Shown piece after piece: positions 41,458 through 51,260 of a stretch of 64,000 nucleotides of DNA. The translations under genes were made by a program, and so were the position numbers. The stretch spans positions 165,189 through 229,188 of the IMG/VR virus record IMGVR_UViG_3300042691_055965, one strand, 5' to 3'. The notes below the pieces were generated by a model. That model made no database searches, was not told the DNA's origin, and saw only the letters and a program-made list of their open reading frames with translations. Position 1 is the first letter of the stretch, and every line of letters starts with the position of its first letter.

Positions 41458-42828
41458 ATGGCATTAAGATTTACAACCCTTTTGAGGGATTTGATTATCG
41501 AAAATTCAAGATTCGATGTTTTATATGACAAATTTGTAAAACCAAAAAAAGATAGAAAACCGTCAATGACGTTTCAAATTCTTTTTGATATTATATCAGC
41601 GGATCCAACATCAAGAATACCTGAAGGTATGACTTCAGATAATGCAAATCCGCAGGACATGGAAAAGGTAAAAATTGGAAAATATACCCAATGGTTACTT
41701 AAAAACTATGCAACACCAAATATGCAAGTAATCGGAATTGAAGATCCCAATGATCCTGCAGTTAAAAGTGCGATTAAACGATATCAAGATATGTTTATGG
41801 AAGACTTGTACAAAGTTACAGGTGACTTAATGAAATATGAAAAGTTTAAAAATAGATTACCCCAAGAATATAGGGACATTAATAAATTAACACCATCTGA
41901 ACTTTATGATCAAGTAAAAGACTTTAGTTTAGAAAAAACAAAGGCGACTGCTGAAGAGAAAAAAGAAGCGTCTACCACTTATAAACATCCAGGTGCTGAA
42001 ATTGTGTACCGAGGTGGTAATTGGACTGTTGCAAAAATTTCAGATACCGGACAGTTAGGTAAAGATGCTGCTTGTTTTTATGGTGGTTATTATTTGGAAC
42101 CATCAAGAGGGGAAACTAGATGGTGTACGTCTTCACCGGGACTAACATGGTTTGATAGATATATTAAAGACGGACCACTTTACGTTGTTATTCCAAATTC
42201 GCCACAAAAATATACAGGTTCTATGGATACTGGTGAAAAATCAGGGTTACCCGCTTACAGATACCAATTCCATTTTCCATCAAACCAATATATGGATCCT
42301 GCAGATAGACAAATTAATCTTATTGAATTTTTGAACAGTCAAGAAGAAGGATTGAAACAATTCTTTAAACCTGAATTCATGAAAGGTTTAACAACTGCGG
42401 ATGGTAAGAAAATAGCAGTAAACTATCCTGATGACTCCGCATCCAAGTTCATTGCACTTTATGGATTCGAAGAATTTTTCGATAGTTTACCATCAGACAT
42501 TATTAGATTAGAATTTACTAAAAAAGGAAAAGATAGTTTTGAATTACCAATACCTGAAAGTTTAGGAAGATTTCAGCAACTTACATCACTTCATTTAGTT
42601 GGGTGCGTTTCCAAAATACCTGAAAGCATTTGTAACCTTAAAAAGTTACAGTTCCTTTCATTACCTGACAACCCAAATATGGAAATGTTACCATCTTGTT
42701 TGGCGGATTTACCTAATTTGAATTTGGTGAATTTGAGTAGATCGAATCCAGAAAAAACATTACCTGATTCGTTGAAACAAAGACAAGAAACGGATGAAGA
42801 TTTTCACGTATTTCCTCCTACGGCTTAA
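41458..42828 (+). CDS. phage protein with C-terminal leucine-rich repeats
   Basis: IPESLGRFQQLTSLHL / IPESICNLKKLQFLSL / LPSCLADLPNLNLVNL; central TRWCTS..YQFHF domain. Confidence 0.7.
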   Translation: MALRFTTLLRDLIIENSRFDVLYDKFVKPKKDRKPSMTFQILFDIISADPTSRIPEGMTSDNANPQDMEKVKIGKYTQWLLKNYATPNMQVIGIEDPNDPAVKSAIKRYQDMFMEDLYKVTGDLMKYEKFKNRLPQEYRDINKLTPSELYDQVKDFSLEKTKATAEEKKEASTTYKHPGAEIVYRGGNWTVAKISDTGQLGKDAACFYGGYYLEPSRGETRWCTSSPGLTWFDRYIKDGPLYVVIPNSPQKYTGSMDTGEKSGLPAYRYQFHFPSNQYMDPADRQINLIEFLNSQEEGLKQFFKPEFMKGLTTADGKKIAVNYPDDSASKFIALYGFEEFFDSLPSDIIRLEFTKKGKDSFELPIPESLGRFQQLTSLHLVGCVSKIPESICNLKKLQFLSLPDNPNMEMLPSCLADLPNLNLVNLSRSNPEKTLPDSLKQRQETDEDFHVFPPTA

Positions 42829-42886
42829 ATAATTTTTGTATAATTCAAAATATTATTTTATCTTTGTTTAAATTAAAAGTTGTAAA

Positions 42887-43156
42887 ATGAAAAATTTAGA
42901 CATAGACATATACATGAGCAACTTCAAAGGGTTTTTTGAAAGAAACCCCGATCAGTTAAAAAAATTGATAGGAAACGCTAAACCTGAAAAGTTTTTCGAA
43001 GGTATTAGAAATATTGTTGAATCAAATTCCAAAGACGAAGAAAAACCACTTGAACCAACAAAGCAACAAATCATAGAGTTGGTGTTAAAGTTGAATGTCC
43101 CAAAAAAAATCCCAACTTATTTTAATCACCACATGGGTGATATTTGTTTGAACTAA
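42887..43156 (+). CDS. hypothetical protein
   Basis: 89 aa; TATCTTTG promoter at 42859. Confidence 0.6.
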   Translation: MKNLDIDIYMSNFKGFFERNPDQLKKLIGNAKPEKFFEGIRNIVESNSKDEEKPLEPTKQQIIELVLKLNVPKKIPTYFNHHMGDICLN

Positions 43157-43175
43157 TTTCATTTCATTTATAATC

Positions 43176-44816
43176 ATGGAAACAATATACAGACAGGAAA
43201 AAGTTTTATACTACACCGAGTTATTCAAAAATTACAATAAATTCCCTATTGAAACTAAACCAAAACCAGATAATGATTTTGACATTGAATACTATATAAA
43301 TTTCAAAAAAGGTTTTACTTATGAAAAGGGCAATGATACAGAAGAATGTTTTGTAAAAAACTACTCAAACCCATTTGCTTCTATTAGTATGTTAAGAAAA
43401 ACATTTGTAGTAGAAAAAAATGAAGACAAAATTTCTATGAAATTGTTTTCATACAAAAGATCGAGAGGATTAGAAAAAAAGTATTTCACAGTAAGAAGGG
43501 AAGTTAATTTTCTAACATTTTCATTTAAGACAAAAATGTTTTATAGTGGCTTCACAAATTTTAAGAAAAAAATAAAGTTAGGTGGAAGATTTAGAGTCAA
43601 TAGGACTAATTTGGTTAGTTTGGAAGTTTTTAATAATTTGACAAAAACATTTATAGATGATGATGTAAAAAAAGATGTGTTTAACAATTTCCTTGATGAA
43701 ATAATTAAAAGATTGAATTTGAAATTACAAGTTGATACTGACAATATTCCATCGAAATACTACCAAATTATTTTATTGAACAATAAAATTAAATTTCCTG
43801 ATTCTTACTTCAAATTTGCAGGTTTTTATTTGACAAAAAAAATCTTAAAAAACTTTGATTTCAATTTAGTAACATGGTTTATGAAAACAAATGAAATGAA
43901 AGGTACTAAAATCAGAAGATTACTTAATCGATATGATTTTTTAGATTTGAGCAATATTAAATTTTATTATGATTTATTAGGTGTGGATTTGTTCAATAAA
44001 ATCAAAGATGATGTTTTTTTGACTTCGACTTTAAGTGATGTGTACAATGGATCGAATTTTAGTACTCCTATTATAATATCAAAAAAAGAAAAAGAAAATA
44101 TTGTTAGTATTTTGAATACAACAACCACTAGTGAATTTACATTTTCGTTATTGGATCATTTTCAGTTCAAAAAAGATTTAGAAAAATATGGTGAATTTGT
44201 GAAAATAAATGCAAAAACACATGATGAATTTGTGGTTGAACATTCTGAATGGTCGTCATTGTTACAATCATACAGAACGGGTGTGGTAGATAGGTTTTAT
44301 GGTGATGATGCATATTTGGTAGAAAAACCAATCAAATACAATGATGAAACTTTTTATCCTGTATTACTAAAGAATACTGAACAATATGAAAATGAATCCA
44401 TGGTTCAGAAAAATTGTGTTAGAACTTACAGTGAAAAACCACATTGTTTTATAGTTTCACTAAGAAAGGGTGATAAAAATTCAAACATACGGGCAACGAT
44501 AGAGTTTCAATTTAGAAAAAAAGAACTTTTAAGAATACAGACATTAGGTAGATTCAATAAATTATTGTCAGAAGAATGGAATAGTCCGGTTGAAGAATTA
44601 ACAAATTTTGCAAATTATTTGTATCAAAAAGAATTTATCAAATTACCACGAATGACTAAAAAATACATGAATGGAAAAGTGAACGTATTACAATCTTCAT
44701 TTTTTGAAGTAGAAACAGAAAAGGGGGTAGTTCATAGAATGACACCAAGTTGGAGTGGACAAAACACTTTACAAGAAATAATAGTGGATTATCATTTTTT
44801 TGACGAACTGTATTAA
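43176..44816 (+). CDS. PcfJ-like domain protein
   Basis: E.ES..QKNCV.TY..FIVSLR..RATIE..Q..GRFN. Confidence 0.7.
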   Translation: METIYRQEKVLYYTELFKNYNKFPIETKPKPDNDFDIEYYINFKKGFTYEKGNDTEECFVKNYSNPFASISMLRKTFVVEKNEDKISMKLFSYKRSRGLEKKYFTVRREVNFLTFSFKTKMFYSGFTNFKKKIKLGGRFRVNRTNLVSLEVFNNLTKTFIDDDVKKDVFNNFLDEIIKRLNLKLQVDTDNIPSKYYQIILLNNKIKFPDSYFKFAGFYLTKKILKNFDFNLVTWFMKTNEMKGTKIRRLLNRYDFLDLSNIKFYYDLLGVDLFNKIKDDVFLTSTLSDVYNGSNFSTPIIISKKEKENIVSILNTTTTSEFTFSLLDHFQFKKDLEKYGEFVKINAKTHDEFVVEHSEWSSLLQSYRTGVVDRFYGDDAYLVEKPIKYNDETFYPVLLKNTEQYENESMVQKNCVRTYSEKPHCFIVSLRKGDKNSNIRATIEFQFRKKELLRIQTLGRFNKLLSEEWNSPVEELTNFANYLYQKEFIKLPRMTKKYMNGKVNVLQSSFFEVETEKGVVHRMTPSWSGQNTLQEIIVDYHFFDELY

Positions 44817-44818
44817 TA

Positions 44819-45154
44819 ATGGAAGAAAAAGAAGAAATACCTAGCCACATTTTCGATAGATACCGTTCTATAAACAAATTTGAGTTTCATCCAAACATAG
44901 TAAGAACTAAAAACATAATAAGGGATGGTGTTGACGTATTAATCAAAAAAAACAAGTTACTTTGGACTAACTCAAATTATGATAAAGGGTATATACACAA
45001 TGAAGGTTTAATAGTTTGGGGAGTTGAATTTTTGTATTTCAAAAAATTAGATAATGACACTACTTATAAATTATACATTTTAACACAAGATATTACTAAA
45101 GTTGAAATGTTAATTTTCGGATTGAATAAATATTTCACAATAGATAAAATATGA
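44819..45154 (+). CDS. hypothetical protein
   Basis: 111-aa ORF. Confidence 0.6.
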   Translation: MEEKEEIPSHIFDRYRSINKFEFHPNIVRTKNIIRDGVDVLIKKNKLLWTNSNYDKGYIHNEGLIVWGVEFLYFKKLDNDTTYKLYILTQDITKVEMLIFGLNKYFTIDKI

Positions 45155-45438
45155 AAGTTGTTATTTTGTTCACAATGCAGGGTTGCCCCTTTTGTGGTAT
45201 GATTAAAGATGAATTTGAAAAAAATGATATCGACTATATTGAAAGAGATATCCAAGAACACAGAGAAGAATATAATGCGTTTAGTGAGGCAACAGAAAAC
45301 GATTTTCTTCCAGCATTTATGTTAATGACTTTTACAGATAAAGATGAGGTGCACAACGTCAAATTATGTGCACCTGATAGAGATTTTGAAGATATATTTG
45401 GTGGTGTTGAATTGGTAAAAGAATATCTATCAATATAA
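45151..45438 (+). CDS. glutaredoxin-like protein
   Basis: FTMQGCPFC, LPAF cis-Pro motif. Confidence 0.85.
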   Translation: MKVVILFTMQGCPFCGMIKDEFEKNDIDYIERDIQEHREEYNAFSEATENDFLPAFMLMTFTDKDEVHNVKLCAPDRDFEDIFGGVELVKEYLSI

Positions 45439-46311
45439 TATAAGTTCAGAAACCAAGTCCAAATTTTGCCAGCAAGCTTGTTCATTTGTTGGGGTTAGTA
45501 CTTTTAGTAAATTACATTCGGAAAGATTCAAGTTATCATAAATTTCATTCATACGAAATGGAAACACATCTAGTATCAAAGATTCTAACCATTCTTGGTT
45601 TACTATAATTTTACTACCATTCAAGTTTAACGATACGTTTAAGTTATCTATTTCATCATAAAAAGAATTAGATTTTATTCCAATAACCAATTTTGACGAA
45701 ATCCCTTTTTGAAATAAATGGTTTTTAATGTAAAGAAGAAGGATGTGATAAAGTTTTTCATAGTTCATTGATAATCCATAAAATCTATCAGAAACGTAAA
45801 TTTCATTAGATAAATCTACTTTCAGTGTAGAGTAGTTTGGAAACTTTTCTTTAATTAAATAGTTAACTTTTTCAACATCCTTTGCGTCGCAATCAAACAA
45901 AATGGTTGAATTTTGTTCATCCAGTTGGCAATTAAAAAATAAGTCATTAGTCGAATGATACTTTACAAATTCATCAAAAGAATCATGTAAAGTATTTTTT
46001 TCAAAAACCTCTGACAAATTTAAAAAATTGAAAGAAAATGGTGAATTATATAGTAAAGTGTCAATTACCCTTAAATTTTCTACAGATTTTTTTGTTGATG
46101 TTTTTAGGTAGTTAGAAAATATATCAGTAATATTTAATACCGTGGTTGACGTAGTCCGCCCTTTTACTACAAAAAAATTCCCGACATTTACCACTGAAAT
46201 TTCAGTTTTAACGTCGGGAGATTCTTTTTGTAATTCGTCAACAATAAGATTTGCAAAAATATTACATAGGTTCTTACCGTCAAGGTAATTATAAAAACAT
46301 TTTAGATTCAT
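45430..46311 (-). CDS. degenerate S-adenosylmethionine synthetase (MetK)-like protein
   Basis: N- and C-terminal segments align by eye with MetK, but GHPDK, GAGDQG and GGGAFSGKD are absent. Confidence 0.5.
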   Translation of the reverse strand: MNLKCFYNYLDGKNLCNIFANLIVDELQKESPDVKTEISVVNVGNFFVVKGRTTSTTVLNITDIFSNYLKTSTKKSVENLRVIDTLLYNSPFSFNFLNLSEVFEKNTLHDSFDEFVKYHSTNDLFFNCQLDEQNSTILFDCDAKDVEKVNYLIKEKFPNYSTLKVDLSNEIYVSDRFYGLSMNYEKLYHILLLYIKNHLFQKGISSKLVIGIKSNSFYDEIDNLNVSLNLNGSKIIVNQEWLESLILDVFPFRMNEIYDNLNLSECNLLKVLTPTNEQACWQNLDLVSELILY

Positions 46312-46391
46312 ATGTAAGTGTTTAATTTTTATTTTTTACAATCTTAAGTAAAAAAAAAATTACCCTAAACACTTAATTTTATGAACTTAAA

Positions 46392-46529
46392 TTATTTTTT
46401 ACTATAATATTTTTCTACAATCTTTGTTACAACATTCTTTACAGATTCATTTGTTTGTTGTTGAGTCTGTACTGGTTGTGGTTGAACCGTTTGGTTACCG
46501 TTGTTTTTATTTTTGCATCCGCAGCCCAT
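46392..46529 (-). CDS. small MGCGCK peptide (45 aa, not in ORF track)
   Basis: MGCGCKNKNNGNQ...NESVKNVVTKIVEKYYSKK; minus-strand TATTTATA at 46560-46567. Confidence 0.6.
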   Translation of the reverse strand: MGCGCKNKNNGNQTVQPQPVQTQQQTNESVKNVVTKIVEKYYSKK

Positions 46530-46615
46530 GATATTATTTTTTATTAGTTTATGTTTTTATATAAATATTTAATAATATAAAATAGTCATTTGTCAATAAC
46601 TTATATTTATATAAT

Positions 46616-47788
46616 ATGTCAATTAAAAACATCATAAAAAAAGTTTTATTAGAAGAAACTGAACAAAATCAGTGGGTTGAAGTCGATCCTCAAGATTATT
46701 TAGAATTACTAAAATACGTGGACGGAAACGGTGCTATGATTAGTAAATTACCACAATATAAAAACAAAAAAATTGCAATCAACGGGGATTTGAAAATAAA
46801 TTCAAATGATGTAAAAAACATTGATAGTATTGACTATGTTCAGGGTAATTTGGATATTAGTTATTCTGGTATTGAACATTTTGATAAAAGTAAAGTAAAA
46901 GGTAGTTTTTATAACTATAATTCAAAAATGTTTCATGAAGAAGAAAAAAAGAAATTACAAAAAAAATACGACTATTTAGAAAGTTTAAGACAAGAAGATA
47001 GTTGGGATGTTAAAAATGAAGAAGATGTTTCAGAAAGAACAGAAGCGTTATACCAACATTTAAAATCAGAAGGTCACCTTGGTGAAGATGAAGATAAATA
47101 TTTTATTTATCCTCTAAATTATGGAAGGACTAAAATGTATGAATGGTTGGGTGAAAACATCTTTCAAAGTGAATGGGAAGTTTATAGAGACGATGAGTTA
47201 GACGATGCTGCTTATGATTATGTTACGAATCTAATTGATGATGTTGGTTTAGATGCGTTCAGGGATTGGATTTATGAACAGAATTTAGATAAAGATGCTG
47301 TAAGACAATTTTATCGTGAATATTATGAAGATGTAGTTTATGATAATCCTGAAGAATATGGTGTTAAAAAACAATTATCATCAGAACAGATTAAATTCAA
47401 AGAAGTTTTTCAAAAAAAATTGAATAATTTGTATAATAAATTACAACAGGCAACAACTGAAGAAGAAAAAGAATCCTTAGAAGACAATATAAATAATACA
47501 AAAGAATTAATTCAAGATATTGATGATAATCCTGAAGGAGGTTATGATGAAGACGATATTGATGATGCGTTAACTAATTTGGCTGAAGATAGGTTGGATA
47601 ATTTTTTTGAAGATATCAAAAACTTTGGTTTCGAAAAAGACTTCATTTTAGATTATATAGATTTAAAAGGAGTAACAGAAGACGTTGTAAGACATGACGG
47701 ATATGGTGCACTATTAAATGGTTATGATGGTTCTGATGAAGAATATGAAATTAATGGAACCACTTATCATGTGATGAGACAAAATTAA
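46616..47788 (+). CDS. acidic protein with leader (candidate internal head protein)
   Basis: MSIKNIIKKVLLEE leader; TATTTATA at 46604. Confidence 0.6.
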   Translation: MSIKNIIKKVLLEETEQNQWVEVDPQDYLELLKYVDGNGAMISKLPQYKNKKIAINGDLKINSNDVKNIDSIDYVQGNLDISYSGIEHFDKSKVKGSFYNYNSKMFHEEEKKKLQKKYDYLESLRQEDSWDVKNEEDVSERTEALYQHLKSEGHLGEDEDKYFIYPLNYGRTKMYEWLGENIFQSEWEVYRDDELDDAAYDYVTNLIDDVGLDAFRDWIYEQNLDKDAVRQFYREYYEDVVYDNPEEYGVKKQLSSEQIKFKEVFQKKLNNLYNKLQQATTEEEKESLEDNINNTKELIQDIDDNPEGGYDEDDIDDALTNLAEDRLDNFFEDIKNFGFEKDFILDYIDLKGVTEDVVRHDGYGALLNGYDGSDEEYEINGTTYHVMRQN

Positions 47789-47836
47789 TTACTTTACTGT
47801 GTTATTTATATTTCTTAATTTTTATCATCATTTAAA

Positions 47837-48586
47837 ATGGAAACAAATTGGATTTTACAAGAACCTATAGATTTAGAACATAAACAGTATGTCCTTTTAG
47901 ATTATTTACAAAAACTTGATAAAAATCTTAATAGCTTCAAACTTTATCCACAGTTTCAAGAAATTTCTTTACATTTAGCAAATATTAATCTTTTAGTTGA
48001 AAAAGGACAAATATTATCACTCAATAGGGTTTTGAAAGATCCTGATGATGAAATACTATTGTCTGATTTGGCTCCTAAAATTTTACCAGAGTTTAATGCG
48101 GACGAAATATTAGAAATATATAAGATTTGTCAGTATACATCACCAAAGTTAACGGACTACTTTAATCATGCAAAGGCGATTTGGGAAATAGTTAATGACA
48201 CAGTTTCGATTAATCCAATTCAAAACAGAAAAAAAATTGAACCAAAACAAGGTTTGTTTTATTTAGAGTATAACGACAAAACACTTTTGTATGAATTTAT
48301 ATTAAAACCAATCAAACGAGGTGTATCTGAAACAAAGTGTCATATTAAAAAAATATCAGAATGTGAAAAAAAGAATTTTGAAAATGTAATAAAACAAGTT
48401 AAGCGTCCTTTGATTAAAAACTTACAAGAAGAATTAGTACATAAAAATTTGATACTATTCAAAGTAAGTCATAATAACGCATTCCCACTTAAAGAAACAC
48501 TTTTACCGATAGTCAAAAGAAAAATTATGAATTATATGATTCAATCTAAAATTATTGAAAATAAAAGTTTGACTAATGGACTTTAA
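47837..48586 (+). CDS. hypothetical protein
   Basis: 249-aa ORF. Confidence 0.65.
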   Translation: METNWILQEPIDLEHKQYVLLDYLQKLDKNLNSFKLYPQFQEISLHLANINLLVEKGQILSLNRVLKDPDDEILLSDLAPKILPEFNADEILEIYKICQYTSPKLTDYFNHAKAIWEIVNDTVSINPIQNRKKIEPKQGLFYLEYNDKTLLYEFILKPIKRGVSETKCHIKKISECEKKNFENVIKQVKRPLIKNLQEELVHKNLILFKVSHNNAFPLKETLLPIVKRKIMNYMIQSKIIENKSLTNGL

Positions 48587-48603
48587 TTTCTTATTTTTCC
48601 CAT

Positions 48604-48795
48604 ATGGGTTTTAATAAAAGATTTTTGAATAAAAAAAGTATAATCAATAATGTTCATGATATTTTAAGTTACCTTAATGTAGATGCTTTTTACATTAACG
48701 ATGACTTTTCCTATGATGTTTATCGATTGTACATTGAAGGTAAATCAGAAGAAGAAATACTAAAATACATTAATGAAAATAAAGATGAAGATTAA
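48604..48795 (+). CDS. hypothetical protein
   Basis: 63 aa after TTGACT-17-TATTTT. Confidence 0.55.
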   Translation: MGFNKRFLNKKSIINNVHDILSYLNVDAFYINDDFSYDVYRLYIEGKSEEEILKYINENKDED

Positions 48796-50002
48796 ACTTG
48801 AATACGTGTGGCTTGACGGGTACACACCAGAACCAAACCTTAGAAGTAAAGTTAAAATAGTTAATCATGGCGATGTTAAAGACGCTATGATTACAGGTAA
48901 ATTTCCTATGTGGAATTTTGACGGGTCGTCCACCAATCAGGCGCAAACAGATAGTTCAGACTGTTTATTAAAACCAGTTCGACATTATATGATTGATACT
49001 TTGTCGACGGTATATGTTTTTTGTGAAGTTTTAAATGCAGATGGTACGCCACATCAATCAAATACACGTTCCAAATTAATTGGTGAAGAAAAAAATATTT
49101 GGTTTGGTTTTGAACAAGAATATTTTATTTTCGATAGAAAGAACAAATGTATTTTGGGGCATGACGAAAATAACTTGGAACCGCAAGGTAAATATTACTG
49201 TGGTGTTGGTGAATATGTTGCTGGTAGAAGTTTTGTAAATGAACACCTACATATGTGTTTGAATTATGGAATCGACATCACAGGAATAAATGCAGAAGTT
49301 GCACTTGGACAATGGGAATATCAAGTGTTTTCAAAAGGAAAATTAAAGGCGGGTGATGACTTATGGATGACTAGATATTTCTTACATAAAATTGCAGAAA
49401 AATACGATTACAAAATTGAGTTACATCCAAAACCTTTACAAAAAGGTGAATGGAATGGTTCAGGACTTCACACCAATTTTTCGACAGAAAAAATGAGGGA
49501 AAAAGGTGGTGAAGAATATTTCAAATCATTATTTTCAAGTTTAGAAACACGACATTGGAAACATATAGAAGATTATGGTTCTTCGAATGATTTAAGACTT
49601 ACTGGAAAATTTGAAACACAATCAATAAACAAATTCAGTTGGGGTATTTCAGATAGGGGTGCATCAATTAGGGTTCCACAAACAACAGCAAATGAATGGA
49701 AGGGATATTTGGAAGACAGACGACCTGCATCAAACGCCGACCCATATAAAATCATATATCAATTATGTGAATCAATCAAAAATGCTGAAGCAATTAATGA
49801 TATAAAACACAAAATGAATTTCAAAGGAAACTTTGATGAAATTATCAATAGATACAACGGTGTGCTTCAAACCGAAGAGTTATTGGAAGAATATCAAAAT
49901 GATGATAATTTTGAAGTGGAAAAAGAAACTATGGTAGAAAATAGAAATAATATATCAACAACAGAAATAGAATTTAATTTAAATGGAAATGACACTAAAT
50001 GA
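48773..50002 (+). CDS. glnII: glutamine synthetase, type II-like (auxiliary metabolic gene)
   Basis: LEYVWLDG, WNFDGSST, GFEQEY, GINAEV..GQWEYQ, HPKP..WNGSGLHTNFS, RLTG..ET, RGASIRVP, YLEDRRP.SN.DPY. Confidence 0.92.
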   Translation: MKIKMKIKLEYVWLDGYTPEPNLRSKVKIVNHGDVKDAMITGKFPMWNFDGSSTNQAQTDSSDCLLKPVRHYMIDTLSTVYVFCEVLNADGTPHQSNTRSKLIGEEKNIWFGFEQEYFIFDRKNKCILGHDENNLEPQGKYYCGVGEYVAGRSFVNEHLHMCLNYGIDITGINAEVALGQWEYQVFSKGKLKAGDDLWMTRYFLHKIAEKYDYKIELHPKPLQKGEWNGSGLHTNFSTEKMREKGGEEYFKSLFSSLETRHWKHIEDYGSSNDLRLTGKFETQSINKFSWGISDRGASIRVPQTTANEWKGYLEDRRPASNADPYKIIYQLCESIKNAEAINDIKHKMNFKGNFDEIINRYNGVLQTEELLEEYQNDDNFEVEKETMVENRNNISTTEIEFNLNGNDTK

Positions 50003-50168
50003 GTTAAGACAAGAAAAGGAGTATGGTTATAAAAATCCATCAATTAGAAGTAACCAATCAGTAGATGATAAACACATCATTAATTTGGTAAAAAAATATC
50101 CTAATGATGCCGATCTAGGTAGGGAAGTAAGAAAATATTTAATCAACTTAGGGTTATATGGAAAATGA
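49983..50168 (+). CDS. hypothetical protein
   Basis: KKYPNDADLGREVRK. Confidence 0.55.
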   Translation: MEMTLNELRQEKEYGYKNPSIRSNQSVDDKHIINLVKKYPNDADLGREVRKYLINLGLYGK

Positions 50169-50382
50169 ACAAGTAAACCACCCAAATCATTATGGTGGTG
50201 AAACAAACATTTACGAAGCAATCAAAGTAATTGATGCTTGGGACTTAGGGTTTTCACTTGGTAACACGGTTAAATATATTTCAAGAGCAGGCAAAAAGAA
50301 TAAAGATAAAGAATTGGAAGATTTAAAAAAGGCACTTTGGTATTTAAATCACCACATTGAAACATTAGAAAAAAATGATTGA
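50158..50382 (+). CDS. DUF3310 (T7 gp1.7 nucleotide kinase-like) protein
   Basis: VNHPNHY, GN.VKY..RAGKK, EDLKKA.WYL. Confidence 0.85.
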   Translation: MENEQVNHPNHYGGETNIYEAIKVIDAWDLGFSLGNTVKYISRAGKKNKDKELEDLKKALWYLNHHIETLEKND

Positions 50383-51223
50383 AACAGGAAAAATTATAAA
50401 TGGTGATTGTATTGAAGTAATGAAAACATTACCTGAATGTTCTGTCGATTTGATTGTTACATCACCACCCTATGGTGTTGGAATTGATTACGACGTTCAT
50501 GAAGATGATGTACCATTTGATGAATATTTGGTGTTTGCCAAAAATTGGTTAACTGAAGCGTATAATCTATTAAAAGATGACGGTAGAATTGCTTTGAACA
50601 TTCCATACGAAATCAATAGACAGAAGAAAGGGGGAAGAATTTTCTTTGTTTCAGAAATGTGGCAAATAATGAAAGAAATTGGGTTTGGGTTCTTTGGTAT
50701 CGTGGATTTAGAGGAACAATCACCTCATCGAAGTAAGACAACTGCTTGGGGATCTTGGATGAGTCCTAGTTCACCATATATTTATAATCCAAAGGAATGT
50801 GTCATTTTGGCATACAAAAAACACCACATTAAAAAGGTGAAAGGCGAACCGCAGTGGAAAGGGACACCAACTGAAATTCAACAGGAGGATGGAACCATAA
50901 AAACTAAAGTTGTGTATGAAGAAACAGATAAGAAGGAGTTTATGGAGCTTGTTTTTGGTCAGTGGAATTACTTTGCAGATACTAAATCACTCACCAAGGC
51001 AACGTTTTCGATGGACATCCCAACGAAAGCAATCAAAATACTATCCTACAAAAACGATGTGATTTTAGATCCATTTGCCGGTAGTGGTACAACATTAGTG
51101 GCGGCTGAAGTGTTAGGTAGACGATGGTTAGGTATTGAATTATCACCAAATTATAGTGAAATTGCAAAAACAAGGGTTGAATATTTCAAAACATTACAAA
51201 CAATACAAGAACTCCCACTTTAA
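50375..51223 (+). CDS. beta-class N4-C/N6-A DNA methyltransferase
   Basis: TSPPY, LDPFAGSGTT. Confidence 0.9.
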   Translation: MIETGKIINGDCIEVMKTLPECSVDLIVTSPPYGVGIDYDVHEDDVPFDEYLVFAKNWLTEAYNLLKDDGRIALNIPYEINRQKKGGRIFFVSEMWQIMKEIGFGFFGIVDLEEQSPHRSKTTAWGSWMSPSSPYIYNPKECVILAYKKHHIKKVKGEPQWKGTPTEIQQEDGTIKTKVVYEETDKKEFMELVFGQWNYFADTKSLTKATFSMDIPTKAIKILSYKNDVILDPFAGSGTTLVAAEVLGRRWLGIELSPNYSEIAKTRVEYFKTLQTIQELPL

Positions 51224-51237
51224 AAGTGGGTTTTTTT
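51214..51237 (+). terminator. intrinsic terminator
   Basis: cccactt-taa-aagtggg + T run. Confidence 0.7.
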
Positions 51238-51260
51238 ATTTTTGTAACTATTTATAAGTT

